From Cocleimonas sp. (GTDB lineage: Bacteria > Pseudomonadota > Gammaproteobacteria > Thiotrichales > Thiotrichaceae), in the NCBI GenBank assembly GCA_021647365.1, contig JAKIUW010000008.1:19070-83069 (forward strand): a stretch of DNA of 64,000 nucleotides, given 5' to 3'. How positions within the stretch are numbered: position 1 is the first letter of the stretch; the number at the start of each line of letters is the position of its first letter. The notes beneath the pieces are model-generated. The model made no database searches. It was not told the DNA's origin and saw only the letters and a list, made by a program, of their open reading frames with translations. Shown here piece by piece: positions 60,983 through 64,000 of the stretch. The position numbers were made by a program, and so were the translations under genes.

Positions 60983-61453
60983 ATGTCTAAAACATTTAAC
61001 GACTTAATCGCAGATGCATTAACCGAGATAGATGAACTTTTTCCGTGGGACTTAGAAAAGCATTTAGAAAACCACCCAGAAACCTTATTGCTCGATATTC
61101 GTGAGCCTGATGAGTTTGAAGGCGCGCATCTTAAAAATTCCATCCACGTACCACGCGGTATTTTAGAACAAGCCTGCGAATGGGATTATGCCGAGACAGT
61201 TCCTGAATTAGTGAATGCGCGCGAACGTCCTGTATTAGTCATTTGCCGATCAGGCAATCGCAGTGTGTTAGCGGCATTAACGATGAAATTGCTCGGCTAT
61301 AAAAATTTAACATCATTAAAAATGGGTGTGAAAGGCTGTAATGATTCGGATATAGTTCTATACAATCAAGCGGGCGAAGAAGCAGACCCAGACTGGGTAG
61401 ATGAGTTTTTTAACCCACCTTTGAGAAATAATCAGTTATCGGCTAATCAATAG
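60983..61453 (+). CDS. Single-domain rhodanese-like sulfurtransferase
   Basis: Active-site loop CRSGNRS. Confidence 0.82.
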   Translation: MSKTFNDLIADALTEIDELFPWDLEKHLENHPETLLLDIREPDEFEGAHLKNSIHVPRGILEQACEWDYAETVPELVNARERPVLVICRSGNRSVLAALTMKLLGYKNLTSLKMGVKGCNDSDIVLYNQAGEEADPDWVDEFFNPPLRNNQLSANQ

Positions 61454-61479
61454 TTCTTATTTGTAGTAATACGCCACTG

Positions 61480-61502
61480 TTGGGCTTCGTGCCTCAGCCC
61501 AA
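61480..61502. repeat. ttgggct-tcgtgcctc-agcccaa hairpin repeat
   Basis: Sits between convergent genes (stops at 61453 and 61521). It is part of tgttgggcttcgtgcctcagcccaacctac, a repeat type I recall from other gammaproteobacterial genomes. Confidence 0.5.
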
Positions 61503-61520
61503 CCTACGGTTTAAGAAGAT

Positions 61521-62375
61521 TTAGCCCGTAGCAACAGGTCGCTGATCATCCCGAATCCACTCACTCCATGAACCTGCGTATAGCTTCGAGCCTGATAAGC
61601 CTGCTATTTCCATCGCTAACATATTATGACAAGCAGTTACGCCTGAACCACATAGGTGTACGATGTCTGTAGCAGACTGATTGGGTGTTTGTTTGATAAT
61701 AGTTGTAAACTGTTTTTGTAATTCATCAGCGCTTAAAAATAAGCCATCGTCACCAAGGTTTAGCTGAAAAGCACGATTGATTGAATCAGGGATTCGCCCA
61801 GCAACGGTATCGATAGGTTCGGATTCGCCACGGTAGCGCTCGGGGGTTCTGGCATCTAAAATGGTGAACGTTTGAGCTTCAATATTATGTAGAATTTGTT
61901 CAGTACTTAACGATGTGTTGTTATTGATGTTTGCAGTAAATATTTTGGGTGAAATTGTAGGAAGTTCTTGGCTTAACGATTTACCTTCTTTAATCCATTG
62001 TGGAATTCCACCATCAAGAATCGCAACTTTCTCGTGACCAAAAGTACGCAATTGCCACCATAGGCGAACGGCAAAAGCACCGCCTACATCGTCATAGGCA
62101 ATGACTTGGGTTTGATTGTCGACACCCCAATCTCCTAGCTTTTGAATAAACTCATCAAAATCAGGAAGAGGGTGTCTACCCGTGTTTTCGGTGATAGGCG
62201 AAGAAAGATCAGTTTCTAAACTACAGAAAATAGCGCTGGGGATGTGATCCTTTTGGTAGGCTTTTAAACCAGCTTCAGGGTTGAGTAGAGATGAGCGGCA
62301 ATCAAAGATTATCCAATCAGGTTTATGCAAGTTCTTTGCAAGGTCATCGATTGATATGAGTGCCGTATATGTCAT
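61521..62375 (-). CDS. sseA: 3-mercaptopyruvate/thiosulfate sulfurtransferase (tandem rhodanese)
   Basis: Two rhodanese domains with catalytic loop CGSGVTA. Collinear with my memory of E. coli SseA. Confidence 0.8.
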   Translation of the reverse strand: MTYTALISIDDLAKNLHKPDWIIFDCRSSLLNPEAGLKAYQKDHIPSAIFCSLETDLSSPITENTGRHPLPDFDEFIQKLGDWGVDNQTQVIAYDDVGGAFAVRLWWQLRTFGHEKVAILDGGIPQWIKEGKSLSQELPTISPKIFTANINNNTSLSTEQILHNIEAQTFTILDARTPERYRGESEPIDTVAGRIPDSINRAFQLNLGDDGLFLSADELQKQFTTIIKQTPNQSATDIVHLCGSGVTACHNMLAMEIAGLSGSKLYAGSWSEWIRDDQRPVATG

Positions 62376-62378
62376 CGT

Positions 62379-63062
62379 TTATTCAGCGTTTGATAGTCGA
62401 TCACCCGTCATTAATGGGTAACAGCGGTCATACCAAATTGCAAAATCTTTATTATGAGTCATCGCCATTTTTATAATGCCGAGTTTATGTCCTGAGCGTA
62501 AAACACCAAAAACGCTGCAATCAACAAAGCTGGCTTTATCACCGCCGTAAAATGTTTTGCCGTTTAATCCTTCTTTGACCCAATGATCAATCTGAGCAAG
62601 GTACTCGCCACGTGGGTCTTCAATATTGTGTTTTGCCTTCATTCTACGCGCTACTTTTGGCATGACCAAAGCGCCTATAAAAGGAACGATAAAACCTTTA
62701 AATCCACCACCAGTGGTAATTTTTTTAATGTTTTCACGAGATGTTTTAAAATCAGGGTGAATCAAAGCAGGCAAGAAATGAACGAGTTTATTATCAACCC
62801 AATCAGTCCACTTTTTATCGTCATCTGTGACAGGGAGTTTGGCGTAATTTTTATTGATGTATTCAATGATAGTGGCTGATTCGACAATAACTTCGTCCCC
62901 ATCTTTTAATACAGGCACTTTTTTATGCTCTGTTACGCCTTCTAATTCTTTCATTCCACGAGGTGAAACATCAACCACTTCGTAAGGAGTTTTCGAAAAG
63001 TTTAATAACGCGCGAACTTTGCTACAAAAAGGACAGCCTTGGAATTGGTAAAGTGTGATCAT
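62379..63062 (-). CDS. Glutaredoxin/GST-N-domain protein (CPFC)
   Basis: N-terminal LYQFQGCPFCSKVRALL and KVPVL patterns. PGES2/Grx2-like architecture. Confidence 0.65.
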   Translation of the reverse strand: MITLYQFQGCPFCSKVRALLNFSKTPYEVVDVSPRGMKELEGVTEHKKVPVLKDGDEVIVESATIIEYINKNYAKLPVTDDDKKWTDWVDNKLVHFLPALIHPDFKTSRENIKKITTGGGFKGFIVPFIGALVMPKVARRMKAKHNIEDPRGEYLAQIDHWVKEGLNGKTFYGGDKASFVDCSVFGVLRSGHKLGIIKMAMTHNKDFAIWYDRCYPLMTGDRLSNAE

Positions 63063-63090
63063 TGTTGTTCGATACGCCTCGATAATAAAG

Positions 63091-63120
63091 CATCATGTAA
63101 AAGTAGGGGGGTGTGCTTTT
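63091..63120 (+). repeat. G-tract repeat copy 26 (GTA, forward)
   Basis: catcatgtaaaagtaggggggtgtgctttt. Confidence 0.9.
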
Positions 63121-63170
63121 GTAAATAAGTAAATACTAATATAGGGAGTATTTGGGATGAATACAAGTGA

Positions 63171-63908
63171 TTATTTTTGGCGCTGTCTTACAACTTCATA
63201 TAAACAAACACCTGTAGCAACAGAAACATTCAAACTAGAAACCTGGCCAGCCATAGGAATAGAAATCAACTCATCGCAATGCTCTTCAGTCAATCGACGT
63301 AAGCCTTTACCTTCTGCCCCCATCACAATCGCGGTAGGTGATTTAAAGTTTTGTTGATAGACATCGCCCTGTGCTTTATCACTTGTGCCGATAAACCAAA
63401 TGCCCTGTTTCTTGATTTTTTCCATCGTGCGAACAAGGTTGGTGACTTGCACAAAAGGTACAGTTTCTGCCGCACCTGATGCCACTTTTCTTGCCGCAGG
63501 TGTTAGCCCAGCCGCATTATCTTTAGGTGCGATAACGGCAAGTACACCAGCGCCTTCTGCGGTGCGTAAACACGCGCCGAGATTGTGCGGGTCGGTTATG
63601 CCGTCAAGCACTAGCAACAACGGCGTGCCGTCGTATTCATCTAATAAGTTAAGCAAGTCATCTTCGGTATAACTGGCAGGCGCGTTGTATTCAGCTACTA
63701 CACCTTGGTGTTGATGTGTCTTTGCTAGTTTATCTAGCATTTTCATGTCAACACGGTGAGAAATTAACCCACGCTTTTCAGCATGATGAATTAGTTCTTT
63801 TACGCGCTGGTTTTTTTTATTTTCAGCAATCCATACTTGTTCAATGTTGTCAGCGTCATTTTTTAAAGCAGATTCAACCGCATGAATACCAGTAATAAGA
63901 GTTTTCAC
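63171..63908 (-). CDS. rlmB: 23S rRNA (guanosine-2'-O-)-methyltransferase RlmB
   Basis: SpoU/TrmH motifs (LVLDGITDPHNLGACLR, IVMGAEGKGL, IPMAGQVSSLNVSVA). GTG start. Confidence 0.88.
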   Translation of the reverse strand: MKTLITGIHAVESALKNDADNIEQVWIAENKKNQRVKELIHHAEKRGLISHRVDMKMLDKLAKTHQHQGVVAEYNAPASYTEDDLLNLLDEYDGTPLLLVLDGITDPHNLGACLRTAEGAGVLAVIAPKDNAAGLTPAARKVASGAAETVPFVQVTNLVRTMEKIKKQGIWFIGTSDKAQGDVYQQNFKSPTAIVMGAEGKGLRRLTEEHCDELISIPMAGQVSSLNVSVATGVCLYEVVRQRQK

Positions 63909-64000
63909 GTTATTTAAAGCTTCCTACTTGGTGTAGATTTTGGCTACTAATTGAGTCTTCTTTGTAACAGGCAAACCAGTCGCCAGCATTGGGGATATTC

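Noticed and set aside
63910-64000. Open frame on the minus strand running off the window end (...NIPNAGDWFACYKEDSISSQNLHQVGSFK*), just upstream of rlmB.
   Set aside because: Only about 30 codons are visible. The usual neighbour would be rnr (RNase R), but this C-terminus is not recognisably RNase R, so no call is made.

Overview
AT-rich (about 40% GC by eye, not computed) gammaproteobacterial chromosome segment. It is mostly housekeeping: htpG, exbBD-msbA-lpxK, ycaR-kdsB, purMN, glnS, cspA, trpEG, comEC, dksA-gluQ, ligA, rlmB and rmlCDB. There are also a kpsS-containing envelope operon, a Cache/NarL two-component pair, an LplT-Aas fusion, six tRNAs, and a decayed island downstream of tRNA-Ser holding integrase, SF1 helicase and IS4 transposase remnants. 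The main finding is a family of ~28-bp G-tract repeats with consensus aTCATGTAAAA[G/C]T[G/A]GGGGGGTGTGCTTt. I count 31 copies, about one per 2 kb. 20 of 21 singletons point the same way regardless of gene direction, and 5 inverted pairs have arms of matching subtype. Three copies are read through in-frame inside protein-coding genes (gluQ, an LtaS/sulfatase-like gene, and a rhodanese-MBL signal peptide), and a fourth copy supplies the last seven codons and stop codon of gluQ. I do not recognise this repeat as a described family. Secondary observations: a LysE gene with one in-frame TAA, a ~740-bp ORF-free gap, a BacNaV-type channel with a CaV-like TFEDWTD filter, a comEC-adjacent lipoprotein with a C-terminal pilin-like helix, an HscC plus KPD-J-like/RDD pair, an AbiC-like gene attached to rmlB, and a structurally aberrant second tRNA-Cys. 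All calls come from reading the sequence and from motif memory; no searches were run.
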